The notes under the pieces: generated by a model
What the model was told of the DNA's origin: nothing
The model's database searches: none
What the model saw: only the letters and a program-made list of their open reading frames with translations
Made by a program: the position numbers and the translations under genes
In this document: in pieces, positions 26,700 through 40,100 of the stretch
How the letters are laid out: each line of letters begins with the position of its first letter
Numbering within the stretch: the stretch's first letter is position 1
DNA from: the human T2T-CHM13v2.0 reference genome, Homo sapiens
Strand: one strand, 5' to 3'
NCBI RefSeq assembly: GCF_009914755.1
Contig: NC_060930.1
Length of the DNA: 64,000 nucleotides

Positions 26700-27762
26700 A
26701 AAACACTCAATTCAGCTAACTCACCAGGTGGCAGCAAGGAGGGTCATGCCATTGGCTCTGGGTGGACTAAAGGCATATGGTAGAATTTTGATTATTAAAA
26801 CTTCCACCTGACATGAAATAGGGTAGGATTCTCTTCAGAGGCCATACCCTGGAGGGTTCAATATCTCAGGCATTTGAAAGATTCAGGATAAGTAGTCATC
26901 AAAAGGACTATGAGAAAGATATCTAATGTATTAGAGAAATACTTTCTTGAAAAATGGCGATAATAAGATTTGGAAATAATACTGGCCAAGTTGTGGCATT
27001 TTAACATCAGAAGTATGTTGGGTGCAATTACTGTAATGAGTTGTCACACTTGGAATGGCAGCATAGGGGACGCCTAGTACTCAGGAAGCTTTGGATATAA
27101 TTATTAAGCCATGTGTTCCTAGGAGAAATATAAATGGGAAGACAATAAAGGTATTAAAATAGTCAACCAAAAGAAATTCAAAGGATGAGGGCAGCTATCC
27201 CAATATACGCCTAGGATACCATGCCTACTTTCTTCACCTGAGCCAGTTCTCAGACTCCAAATCCATGAACTGAAGAAGAATATAGATCCCCATGAAGAAA
27301 GACCCTGCAATACCAAGGGTATAAAATTACTTCATCCGTTGTTTTCAAAGAGATTTACAGTCATTCACCTGGGTAACTAAACACGAGAATAAGGGGGTTG
27401 CCCAGCTATTTAAAGGTCTGTTGGACACAGGAATTAAGCTGACATCAATATCCGGGGACCTGGAAAGCCGTTATTAAGCACGCCTTACCCCCCACATTAG
27501 AGTGGGAGTGAATAGGTGCAAAAAAATGAATAAATGGAGTTTTAGCTGTGATCTGATTCACAGTTGGTGGACTGAATCCATAGCCCAGTTCTTGGCTCAT
27601 TGTCATTGGTTGGGAAAAATGCATTGTAAGAAGGAAGTGCTTTGAGACCAGCAGCATCTGTGAGAGCTGTGATTTGTCTCACTATCCTGTTTTAAGTTCC
27701 TCTCCACAAGATAATATGAACATATATGAAGCAAGTGAATCTGAGTGGTATAAAGGGTGAAC
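26700..27762 (+). mobile_element. Degraded ERVL-class internal sequence (gag/protease relic); 5' bound approximate
   Basis: 27415-27459 translates to GLLDTGIKLTSISGD (retropepsin D-T-G motif). Purine-rich aaagggtgaac lies immediately before the LTR. Confidence 0.65.
26718..26736 (+). promoter_or_regulatory. Candidate CTCF motif
   Basis: tCACCAGGTGGCAGCA compared with core CCACCAGG(G/T)GGC(A/G)(C/G); one core mismatch. Confidence 0.35.
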
Positions 27763-28199
27763 TGTAATGGATAGTGCGGTGTGCTGCCTAGATTCCCTTC
27801 CTTAGGACCAAGGCAGTTATACTCCCAGGTGCCAGGAATGTTCGCTGCTGATAGCTCAAGCTGAGTCCTTCTCCAAGAATTGCCCTTGCTTAAAGGGAGC
27901 TACTTTGCCAGACTTTATGTCCCCAGGGAACATAAGTAAACATAATGTGATAGGTTCAATGCACAAGTACAAATACTTTACCCATTTCCTCCATCATGGA
28001 CAATTCTGAGAGACCACCTCAACTCCAGAGCTTTCTGTGGAGTTTCCTCTGTTGTAACTGCATCATAGTTGAATGTCTCCCTCTGCCTAGTTTCTTTCTC
28101 TTTCTTATGAGTTTTGCTCCTGAGATCACTCCCTGATAAAATTTCTGTAAGCAAATACTAGTCTTGGCATCTGTTACCTAGGAAATGCCACTTAAAACA
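27763..28199 (+). mobile_element. LTR16-like (ERVL) LTR
   Basis: TG start tgtaatggatagtgcggtgtgctgcctagattccc...gctgagtccttctccaagaattgccct...tcactccctgataaa...cttaaaaCA end. Confidence 0.7.
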
Positions 28200-30618
28200 C
28201 ATAGCACTATTTATGATATTTATTATAAATTTATAAATATATTGATAATTTTAATGCTGAAAATTGTGACCCACATAGTAGGCATATAGTAAGGAAATAG
28301 AGTGAGACAGATTTCTATGAAGGATGATCTTTCCATGTTAAGAGTAATATTTGCAAAGTGTAAAAATATGAACAATGATTATGCATAATATTAAGTGGAA
28401 TATGTGCAATATAAACAAATGTAAAATATTGTCACTTTGATGTAAATAATACATTCAAAGAAGAAAAGGCATTGGAATGGACACAATGCTTATATGATAC
28501 TAATAGGACTATGGTGAAATTTTCTTTTTTATTTTCTGCATTTTACATATTTTGCTATTTGGAACATAATATTTTCACTCTAAAATCTTTATTTCAAAGA
28601 GACATGATATATGGTAAAAAGTAAAGCAAATTATTTTGCAAATAAATATACAATGCATTATGTTAAAAAGGTTAGTCTCTATTTCAAAAATAATATTAGC
28701 ATACTTTGATGAGCAAATTAATAGAATCAGGCAGTTGCAGCTGCTCATCTTAGGAAAATTATGCATTGTGGATACATATAGCTGTGATGGGTCACATTTG
28801 GGGCCACAAAGGAAATTTATAGCAAGACCTGAGGAAGCAGAGTTAGTGAAAATGTAAATATGCCTTAGAGAAAAATATCAGACATCTTTTGAAAAGCATA
28901 TTTTATGAAGTTATCAGATTCATATAAAATCCCAAATATCATGCTAATATTGTACCTGGCATGTACGTATCAGTTTTTGGTAGGGGAAAGGAAAGAAGTT
29001 GAATTCAGTCTGGTAGCCATCAATAAGCACCATTTAAAAATAGTTTTATGAAAATCTAGAATAAGATAGCCATGAATGAAGTTAAAACAAAAAAGGGGAA
29101 AAGTTACATCATATGAAGACACTCACACTTTTAAACAATATGCATTGTTCTTGTCTGTTAGTTATATTCTTATGTTATTAAAATCAATTCAACAAATGGC
29201 AAAATAAGTTTTACAGGATTTTCTTGGGGTATGTGGAGAGATGTACGTAGGGAAACAGCATGAGCTAAGGTACAGAGGCGAAAATGCATATATTGCATTA
29301 TGGGTATCGTAATGAGTCTAGGCTGTCTGATGTGAAGAGTTGATCAAAGGAAGGCAAGCAAGATAAAGTAAAGAAGTCATCTGTTAGATAAGGGTCAAAA
29401 TGTGATGCACTTTGAATTTAAACTCTATTTTATGAAGAATGGAGAATCAGTGACATCTTGAGTAGAGGAACAAATCATGAAAAATGGACAATAGAAAAAT
29501 TAATGTGACACCATTCATTTGTTTATACTTTCACCCTATAAATACTCATAAAATGGGATAATTTTAAAGAGAAAAGTTCAAGGAGTAAGAAGTTTAGAGA
29601 CTTTCGTAGCAAACCAGCCCAGAGATGCTAAAAGTCCACATTAGTGCAGGCCAAGCGATAATTCAAAGGAAGGGGGAGATAGTTTTGTCTACGTCCTCTC
29701 CCATTCACATTTTTCTTCCATCCTCATTTAAATCTGTTTCATCTCACCTTGGTTACCTCAGAACATGAGGACATTGCCTTGCCTTTAGCCTGCCCCTGTT
29801 CAGTCTCTCCTGTGCATGGTGATTACAACTGTCTTCTGAAAGCATGATCTCTCTCACAGTCATTCTCTCTGGTCCACTGGTTTTCTCATCTTGTTTCTTC
29901 TGCATAGACTAGAAGTAAGGGCTCTGCAATACTATGTGTACCTGGAGCTCATCAGGCTTAACTTAAGTGAAATAAACCAGGAGTCTTGGCAAGACAACAG
30001 TTTGGGACTTAATTTAGAATGCTGCTTAAAGAGATTCTTTGAAAAAAAATTAAATAAGTTGTTATGCATGTTAAAATCTCTTGTGGAAAGGATTTGCTTG
30101 AGAAGGTTTATATTTGCATTTGCTCTGTATCTGATGATAAATTGTGTTTATTATATTAATGTACTGTGCATTTACAGAGAAGTACATTAATAGCACAATA
30201 TCTTACATGAATTTTTAGTAATAACATTTATTTTCTTCTAAAATCTGATCAAATGTTGGTAAATCATAAGCAACTTTGTATACTTTAAAGGTTTAAGGGT
30301 TACAAATTCACAGTTGGACAAATTATTTTTCATTTAGACTTTCTAGACCAATAATTAAGTGCACATGAGTGAAAAACTGAGTATTAAAATATCGGAGAGC
30401 ATCTGAATGTGATTGTTCTCATTTAATAGGGATTCTATTTCTTGGCATTCTGTGTTGAACTGTTGGCTATGCTATACAGATCTAATCAGTTTTAGCAGAT
30501 AAGCACATGCTATATTAGATCCTGTATGAAAAGTTTAGTGCAAACATGTCTAGAATCTTAGAATTTTAGCATTTGAAGGAAACTTAGAAATCGCTGAACA
30601 TCTTGTGTACACATAACT

Positions 30619-30760
30619 TCCAGGCACGGTGGCTCATGCCTGTAATCCCAGCAGTTTGGGAGGCCGAGGCAAGCGGATTGCTTGAGCCCAAAAGTCCGAG
30701 ACCAGCCTGGGCAGCATAGTGAGAACTTGTCTCTAAAAAACAAACAAACAAACCAAACAA
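30619..30760 (+). mobile_element. Free left Alu monomer (FLAM_C/AluJ left arm) with (CAAA)n tail
   Basis: caggcacggtggctcatgcctgtaatcccagc...attgcttgagccca...gagaccagcctgggcagcatagtgaga, then the tail; no right arm. Confidence 0.9.
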
Positions 30761-31111
30761 GGTCATGCAGCTTTTGTTTATGCACATTCAGAGCATGCTA
30801 GTGTACTACTTCACACAGCAGCTCTTTTCATCTCTGAGTTTGGCAACAAAAGTCTTTCCTAAATTTAGCTAAAATCTTGAACACAGGATTAATGCCACTC
30901 TACTAAATGCAGTGTCTTGTATGAAACAATTTTTCAAAGACAGGCGCCTGTTTCTTTGAACACTGGAAGCTATCTGATATTATTCATTTTTATATTTTTT
31001 TCTCCAAATGTTTGTGACCTGTTTCTCTATCCCTTTCTCTTCATGACGTAGTTTTAAAATAGTGTATTATTCACCTTCTAAACTCGCAACATTTTGTCAG
31101 TTTATCGTCAA

Positions 31112-31442
31112 TGCTAGGGACTGAATGTTTGTGTTTGCCCTACCCCCAAATTCATAGGCAGAAACTCTAATCCCCAGTGGGGTCATTGGAAAGTAATTGG
31201 GTCATAAAGGTGGAGCCCTCATGGTAAGATTAGTGCTCTTGTAAGGAGAGACACACAAGAAAGTTTGCTTTATCTTTCTCTGTCTCTTCCACATGAGGAA
31301 ATCAAGAAGGAGACCCTCACCAGAACCTGGCCATGCCTGCACCCTGATCTTTGACTTTCCAGCCCCCATATCTGTGATAAACAAATGTTGTTTAAACGAC
31401 CCAGACTATGATATTCTTGTTATAATTTTTCATACTAAGATA
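31112..31442 (+). mobile_element. MLT1A-like MaLR solo LTR
   Basis: tgctagggactgaatgtttgtg...ccccaaattcata...ggtggagccctcatg...attagtgctctt...ccctcaccagaacctggccatgcctgcaccctgatc...actaagata. Confidence 0.85.
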
Positions 31443-33060
31443 CCAAAGTAGAAAAGTAATCACTCCACTTGTGTTTTGATCAGTGTGGTACACATTTCCC
31501 ACTATTAGAAAAGTATCTCATTAAAAAGCTAAAGGCTGTGTTAACGTAAAATTTCAAATGCTATGTAAAAGTGCAAACAACATATGAAAGGAAAAGGAAG
31601 TAAAAAGCCATTAGTTCTTGCTTAGGGAAAGGACTGAGAAAAGAGATATCCATAGAAAGCCCTTTTGAAAGAAAGAAAATGCATCGTTGGAAGCATTATA
31701 GACTAAGAAACAGTTGATGGAGAGGTGATCATATACATGATGCATTTGGGTATTAGGAAGTAGGTTAGTTTAGTTGTATCTTAGCATTCATGAATAAGGA
31801 AATAAGGAATAAGGAAATAAGGTTGGAAAGTTTAGTTGAAACAAAATAGTAGAAGGACATGAATGCCACTGTAAAAAAAAATAAGTTTTTTGTTTGTTTG
31901 TTTGTTTTGTTTGTTTGTTTTTGTAGGAGAGTTATTGACTTGACAGGACAAGTGTATTTTGATAGATAAATCTAGCATCCCTATGATAAAGAATGTATTA
32001 AACAGGGGAAGATATTATAACAGTAGCAACATGCAGTTGGTTCACTTTAAGTATGTCAGCAGCCATATTTCTTACAAATACTGCCTGATGATGGAATTCA
32101 TAGGTAGCAAGGAGCCTGGCATTAAAACAGATCGATGAAGCAGTTTTTGTCAAGAGCATGGTGTGACCAGTTCTCATGCATCGTCCTACGTGGAGAAAGG
32201 CTGTTAGACCTGAAGATGCATCACCTTCACTTAGTGAAATGCTCATAACCTCTGCACACTGGACATTTACCAAGTCATACAGAAAGAGCAAAGTAAAAAC
32301 TGCGCAAGCGCTGGCTGCCAGAAAAAGAAGTACAGTTTATCACCATCACAGTGTTGTCTTGTAATATTCCATTGTCTCCTTTCATATCATATTTTCTTAT
32401 TTCTTTGAAATAGAATTTTAAATGGGCTGTTAATAAAAGTGTGTAAATTTAGTTCTTTTTTTGTTCATTTCTATCCGTGTTGGATCTTTCATCTCATCTC
32501 TGTTCCTGTGGAGCTATTATAAGAGACAGATAAGAGACTGGATTCTTGAATTCATTGTGTAGTGTTTAATCTTCAGTGGAGTCCCAGTTATCCAAGAACC
32601 TTGTCTAATGTTCTGTTTTAATGTTTTCAGGCTCTAGCAGGGAGAAGAAGGAATGAGTCATTTTGAAGTCAAGCTTTATGCCACCTAAAACTATCTGTTG
32701 TTCAGACTCATGTGATTGTTTGTTTGGAAAATTGCTCATTCCTTGCTGGCTGAGCATAAAGGTCAGCCCTATCTTCAGTAATATTTTCTCCAGTTCTGCT
32801 TCCCTTTGTCTCTTTCCATAGCTCCAAACTGGACTTTGCAGTCCAGGTAATATTGAAGTGGAACTAGGCTGTAGACTGTATATCCAAATGATAGCATATA
32901 CTTTTTTCTTCATGTTAATATCTGAGACCAGCACATACTTTCTTCTTTATGTTAATATAGGAGTAGCTCAGCCAAACTAAATCGAGTTAATCTTAGGGCT
33001 TTAAAGTTTACTTTGTTTGCTAGCATTAGGGCAGAGTCAAAGTACTTTAGTAAGGAGAAT

Positions 33061-33186
33061 ATATATATATATATAAAATATATATATATACACACACATA
33101 TATATTCTCATATATATTTTCAAATATATATATATATCTCATATTCTCAAATATGTATCTCATATATCTCATATACATATATTCTT
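33061..33186. repeat. (TA)n/(CA)n compound microsatellite at the tail of the Alu
   Basis: atatatatatatataaaatatatatatatacacacacatatatattctc... Confidence 0.9.
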
Positions 33187-33510
33187 ATTTGAGGCAGGGT
33201 TTCACTCTGTTGCCCAGGCTGGAGTGCAGTGGCACAATCATGGCTCTTTGCCGCCTCAACCTCCTGGGCTCAAGTGATTCTCCCACATCAGCCTCCCAAG
33301 TAGCTGGGAATATGGGCATGCACCACAACTCCTAGCTAACTTGTTGTATTTTTTGTGCACCACCATGCCTGGCTAATTTTTTGTATTTTTTGTAAAGACA
33401 GGGTTTCGCCATGTTGCCCAGACTGTTCTCAAACTCCTGGGTTCAAGTGATCCTCCCTCCTCAGCCTCCCAAAGTTCTAGGATTGCAGGGGTGAGCCCTT
33501 ATGCCTTGCC
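33187..33510 (-). mobile_element. AluJ, antisense, with an internal duplication of the linker region
   Basis: gaggcagggtttcactctgttgcccaggctggagtgcagtggcacaatcatggctc...ctcctgggctcaagtgat; the segment gcaccac...gctaa...ttgtattttttgt occurs twice. Confidence 0.9.
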
Positions 33511-33600
33511 TAGAATCTCAATCCTATCTAAAATGTTATCATTACCTCTGTTTGCACAAGCAAATGTCAGTTCTAACTCCAGCTCACACATCTGTTAAAG

Positions 33601-33928
33601 GAGGGGGAAATGGGGAGATGTTGGTCAAAAGACACAAACTTTCAGTTATGCAAGATGAATAGTTCTGGAGGTCTCATGTACAGCATGGGGACTATACTTA
33701 ATAATAACTGTATCATTTACTTGAAATTTGCTAAGAAGGTAGACTTTAAGTGTTTTCACCACACACACATACAAATAGTAACCATATGAGGTGATGGATA
33801 TGTTAATTATCTTGATTATAGTGATTATTTCACAAAGTCTGTGTCTACCAAAACCCTAAGTTGTACATCTTAAATAGATACAATTTGTATTTATCAATTA
33901 TGCCTCAATAGAGCTGGGGGAAAAAGAA
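33601..33928 (+). mobile_element. 3' end of an L1MA-type element
   Basis: ggggagatgttggtcaaaagacacaaactttcagttatgcaagatgaat...gaggtgatggatatgttaatt...ttatgcctcaatagagctgggggaaaaa. Confidence 0.85.
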
Positions 33929-35554
33929 TACAATGATCTTTTAAGTGGCTGTTTCCAGAAGATTGTCAGGGAGTAAAACTCCAAACTCTGCTGCTAAGAC
34001 ACCCAGGGATGTATTGGAAGTCTACCAGTAGTACCTTTTTTTTTTTTAATTGCCTTAGCCTCATTATGAGGGACTTGGTCTTATTTTTCTTTCTTTGACT
34101 TGATTTAATATTATGTCATGTAAGATACTTACCTCTTCATGAAGATTAAATAGAAGAGATTATAGTTACAAGCCAGAACCCCCTTTTCACTATTTAGTGC
34201 CAATATCTTATAGTTAACTTTTCTTAACACTTTTTTGGGCAATTATTTCTATTCTTTTAAAAATTATTCTTTTAGCCCAGTCACTTTCTTTTCTAATTTG
34301 TCTAATTGATTCCTGGTCTTGTTGCAGCGCTAATATCCTAGATTGGGTTCACTTAACTCTTAACTTAAACCTACAGTTTCTTGTTTAATTCACGTACATT
34401 TTCCCCTTAGTTTTTGCATTTATAGTGCCTTTGATTTTTCCCGGTAGGCTTTTATCTCCTTTTCCTATTTGAAAATACTTTGAAATAATTGATATGATGA
34501 TGTTTTTCCTCCAGTTATCTCACTATTTGTGCTTTTCTTTTAAAAAATGTTTTTCCTGTCATTTTAAATAAAATCTCAGGAGTAGGGGAGACAAATATGT
34601 GTTTTCAGTCTGTCACTTTAAATCAGAAATACCTATTTATAATGATACTTACTTTATCAAAGGCATTCTGGTAAAATATCGAGTAAAAAATCTTATTTCA
34701 ATTAGAAAGGAAAATCCATGGAAGCAGGCATTGGTGTCTTACACTTACTAGGGGAGTGGCAAAAATGACATTTAACAAATATTCCTTAAATTACTTTATC
34801 ATCAATAAAATATGATTTTTTAACCTAAACAAAGAAAATTATAAAAGCGAGTGTTGGTTGTAGAGTGGGTGAATGCTGCATGGCTATAGGAGTATGTGAA
34901 GTAGCATATTCTTAGTATGATACTCAGCTCTGGTTTAATATTCAAATTTTGATCTCTTTCCCACTTACCAGTGAATACAAAAATTATAGGTAAGTGGAGT
35001 AAGCAGTAGATTTGAAACTTTGGTAGGGTCCATGCTTACCTTGATCAACAACAGCTTGATTATATCGGCCTTTAAACTTTCTGTGCCTCAGTTTCTTCAG
35101 GTATGAAATTAAGATCATACAATGACAGGTTTGTCCAAGGCATTATGGGTATTCTATAAATCCAGAGCAGCAAAGATTTTTTGTTGTCTATTGTTTCTTT
35201 ATATAGGTAAGAGTTTTTTGAATTAGTCATTTCTTAGTTGTATTTTTTTCTGCTAATTTTTCTCAGTCTTTAGATAATGTATCTTTGACTCAGGTGTATG
35301 GTTTATCATTTTCATGGTGGCATATTAGCCATTTTTGGTTTAAAGGAAACATTTCACACTAATATTATTTGGTTCATGAAGATGAAAAATTAAAATGACA
35401 AGATAATCTGTCAGCTTTGGGGGTAAGGAATTATTTTATTAAAAATCAACTTTAATTTATCTTTTAGAGAACAACATAAGATTATATTTGAAAGATATTT
35501 TTAATGTACATAGTGAAAAGAAGATTTTGTTCTTTTTTGTCAAATTGATATAGC

Positions 35555-37150
35555 AGTAATAGTATTAGAGAGATAAATATTAGAATGTGGAACTAACAAT
35601 GGGATAAACATAGATCAATAGAACAGAGGACCCAGAAATAGACATACACAAATATGTCCAACTGATAATTGAGAAAAGTGCAAAAGCAATTAAACAGTTG
35701 AAATATAGCTTTTCAACAAATGTTGCTGGAAGTAATTGGAAAAGCACAGGCAAATGAAACAAAAGAACCTCAACTTAAAGCTCAAACCTTAGGCAAAAAT
35801 TAATTCAAATGGATTATGTATTTAAATGAAAAACAGCAAACTGTAGAACTTTTAGAAAAAAATAGGCGACAATCTTTAGGATCTATGGCTGGGCAAAGAG
35901 TTCTTAGACTTGGTGCCCAGAGCATAATCAAAAAATAAAAAATTGGTAAATTGAACCTCACCAAAATTAAAAAAAAATTTGCTCTGTGAAACATCCTGTT
36001 AAAAGGATGAAAAGATAAGCCACCGATGGGGAGAAAATATTTGCAAACCACATATCTGACAAAAGACTTTTATCTAGGGTCATATAAAAAATCATTAAAA
36101 ATTCAACAGTGAAAAAACAATCCAATAAGAATATGGTTAAAACACACGGACAGACATTTCACCAAGGAAGAGACACAGATGGCACATAAGCACATGAAAA
36201 GATGTTCAACATCTTTGCCATTAGGGAATGTAATTAAAACCACAGTGAGATATCACTACATACCTCTCAAAATCATTTAATTTTTTAAAAAGTGAAAATA
36301 GTAAAGGCTAGCAAAGATGAGGAGGAACTGGCTCTCTCATTCTTTATTGGTAGGAATATAAAATGGTACAGGCAATCGGGAAAACAATTGGCAGTTTTCT
36401 GTAAAGCTGAACATGAGACCATATGATTCAGCAATTGCATTCTGGAACATCTAATGCAGAGAAATGAAAACTTATTTTCACACAAAAACTTGTACACAGA
36501 CATTTATAGTGGCTTCATTCATAATAGCCAAAAACTGGAAGTAACTCAAATGTCCTAAAATAGGTGAATGGTTAAAGCTGTAATACATTCATACCATAAA
36601 ATACTACCTTGCAGTAGAAGGAAAAACAAATAAAAAAGCTATTGATACACACAACAATTTTTGTGAATATCAAGGGCATTACAGTAAGTGAGAAAAGCCA
36701 ATCTCAAAAGGCAGCATACTGTATCATGTACATAAAATTCTCAACAAAATCCATCAAAATTACAGAGCCAGAGGAGAGATTAATGATTACTAGGGATTAG
36801 GAATTGAGGTCAGATAGATTGAGCGTTACTCTGAAGGGGTAGCATGAAGCAGCCCTGTGGTGATAGAACATTTCTGTATCTTGAATGTGGTAGTGGTTAC
36901 ACAAAGCTACATAGATAATAAATTGCCTAGAAGTACATACATGCACACATTCACAAATGAGTGCTTGCAAAATTGGTGGCATATGAACAGGCTCCACAGA
37001 TTGTACCACTGTCAATTTCCTGGTTTTAGTCGTTATTCTAGTAATTTCACTGGGAGAAGCCGGGCAAGGGGTGCATGGGACCACACCCAGCTCAGTTTTT
37101 GCAACTTCCTGTGAGTCTATTATTATTTCAAAATGAAAAAAAATAATAAA
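35555..37150 (+). mobile_element. Old L1M (MC/MD-like): 3' part of ORF2 plus 3' UTR
   Basis: Degraded ORF2 text (gatcaatagaacagaggacccagaaatagac, aaaatatttgcaaaccacatatctgacaaaagact, ttcataatagccaaaaactggaag) and 3' UTR ending ttttgcaacttcctgtgagtctattattatttcaaaatgaaaaa. Confidence 0.85.
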
Positions 37151-40100
37151 TCAATAGATAGATTCAGGTACTTTCTGACTGGTGTAAAGTAAAAATATAC
37201 AGTCAGCATCCCACTACCAGCATTGTGCCAATACAGAGTATCGCAGGCACAATAAATACTTGTTGAATGAGAAGAAAGAACAGTTTATTATATCTTTTGA
37301 AGAACACCATGGCATTATCTTCAGAAAGCATTTTTGTTTTGCATCATTAAAAGAAGTAGGGTATTTTGTTACTGTTTTGTTTTTGGTCAAATCTATGTGG
37401 CAAAGAGAATAAAAGGGATAAAAGCAGAATTCTTCAAAGTAAAATCTACCTATTTGTTAACTTTTACAAGTGAAGGGTTTTTTGATTTTTTTTTTTCATG
37501 TGAGGATTTTTTTAGGATTAATACATAAATCTTAAAATGGAACTTACCATTGGGTACACACATACATACCCATACAAACATGAACACATATAAGACATGT
37601 TCAAGGAATGGGAAACAGATGGTAGAAAAAAGGAAATATTATCAAAATCTGATCCAATGACAATCTACATGGATGAGGTCGGTTAGAGTGTTGAAGATGA
37701 AGATGTTGGGTAAAAAGTCTCATATTTTATCTTCAAAAATCTCTGGAATCTACCTAGTTGAGCTACACTATCTATTCTAAAAAGTAGAGATTAGGTTTCA
37801 AAAAAAAATGAAGATTGAAATACCATAAATATGTCACATACTTCCATGTTTGAAATGACTTGCATTGCCCCAGTGGCAGTCAGATTCTCATGTTCTGTAA
37901 AACAGGTTATTGAACCAGGTTTTTTTTCTAGTGTCAGAATTGCTTTGTTCAGTTAGGTATCAAGGGTGGGTGGAAAGGCAAGGCATGTAATCTTTTTCAC
38001 TTGTACTCATACATTTCAAGGAAAAAGTTGAAGCTAGGGAGGTCTCTTAACCACACAAACACACCCCCATATACACAACAACTGTTGGAAAGAACATTTC
38101 TTTATTCAGAAGATCTGTTCTTCCTAGAGGATTTTATGCAACAGTGATGTGGCTGGGATGGACATTTTTTCTTTATATGACTGAGATTGTGAAAGGAAAG
38201 ACTGTAGATGTGTGTGGTCGTCCTGATGTGTACGCTTGGACAAACAGAGATGCTTGCATATCTTCCACATGCATATTAGTAGACCAAATACTAGTATAAA
38301 CACTCCAATTCCATTGTAAAATTTGAGGGAATGGAAGCATTGAATGCACAATAATGCTAGGGGCAGACAGTAGGTGCTAATCATTGACATCTCCACTCCC
38401 ATGAACTGCATGATGGTTCAACAACTTGTTGAATATTATTTCCTGAGAAGCTTTATTTGTTGGAGGACTTTGTAGCAATGTAAAATAAAACTTCTAGAGA
38501 ATAGCTTTGGGTGATTATTACTTTCCAATAAAGTCACAGGGGGTAAAGCAAAAGGAGGAAGAATTCTACTCAGGCCATCTGAATTTCCTGGTGTTTTAAT
38601 TAGAATCTACTCCAATTAACCAAAATTAATAAATTTCTGTAAGATTTTTTGTAATAAATCCAAGAAAAGCTCAGTAAAATCTTTGAAGCATTGAATTAGA
38701 TGTTCTTTTTTGTGTTTAGAGGTACATTCATTAAGTGTTTCTGGATTTTGAAAAGAGGGTAATGATCCCAAGCTGAACGCTTGCTTCTTTCTTGTTGTGT
38801 TAAATAAAACTAACAGGTAAGAGGAAGTAGATCCTCTTAGATTAGCTAAACTGAGGTACCATCCCCTTTTCCCTTCACCTTTTCAGGAAACATTTAGAGA
38901 CAGAATTAGAGTTCCTCATCAGCACTTTCAGACTGAGGGGCTGCCTACATGCTGAGCCCCAGTCTTGCTGTTGTTCATGTGTGCTTTTTTGAAGAACATG
39001 TGCCTGAAACATCTTTAGATCCTCTCAAGCTATCTTTATAATCTACTGCCTCACCATCCATATGGACACCACACAGTTCTGAAAGGAGGTGGTAGAGCTA
39101 AAAGCGTTCTGGCAAGTGATTGGAAATCATCACTCTGGCTCAGTAACCTCCCTCTTCTCTCCAACACGTTAGTCGAGCCAACTCCATGATATTGGTCAAT
39201 AACTTAAATTAGAGAGAAAAATGTGTATTCTTATTATTTTCAAATATACAGATTACTGTGGCACTTAAAAATGCCTTTACATGTATTCATGAATCTTTTA
39301 TTTTTTATTTTTTTTCTGTGTTTTTGCTTTTCTACATCTCTACCGTGGCCTGAGCTATCCCAGCTCAGGAACATCTTCATGTGTGTGGTCTACAGACACT
39401 TGAAATTCACATCACTCTCTCAAATATGATTCTTTTCAGTTTCTAGTACAATTAGTGGTCTCTCAACTAACCCAGATTAAACTGTGGCAAACTGCTTTCA
39501 GCTATTCTCTCCCACATCCCCTCTGTATACAATTGTTCGTGAAGTTGTAGAGCCTCATGTCACTCAAATGTTCAACATGGTTACCTAGTTTTTCTTTTAT
39601 AGTTAACCCTTTGGTATGACTCAGATTTGGGCTCTGGTTACCCTGCCAGTACTAACAGCTTTGACTTGACATCTCCAACTTCACTTTCTCTCTACTTGAA
39701 ATCAAGTAAGGTAGAGAATTTTGCAGGTATTTAGCAAACAACCTTGGCAGGCCAGAACATAAAATCACTGTCTTCTGCTCTAAGAAATGTGCACCAAAGA
39801 CACCTATGACCCTTATTCCACTCATATCTCCATCAGTTCTCAAGTCTGACTTCAGTGCTTACCCAGCCCTGACCCTCACTGCCTTAACTCAGATTTAGGT
39901 GGCCATGATGTGAATTGGGGGAACCTGGTATGTGGATGTCTGTCTCACACATTACTTAGTCATTAAAAAAAAGCTAAATTAAACTAAAATAAACTAAACT
40001 AAAACTCTACTTGCTACTGCTGTTTTTTCTTTACTTGTGACTCAATGTCTCCACATTAAATTGGTTGCACTAAAATATAAATATTAAAATGTGAAGTTTC

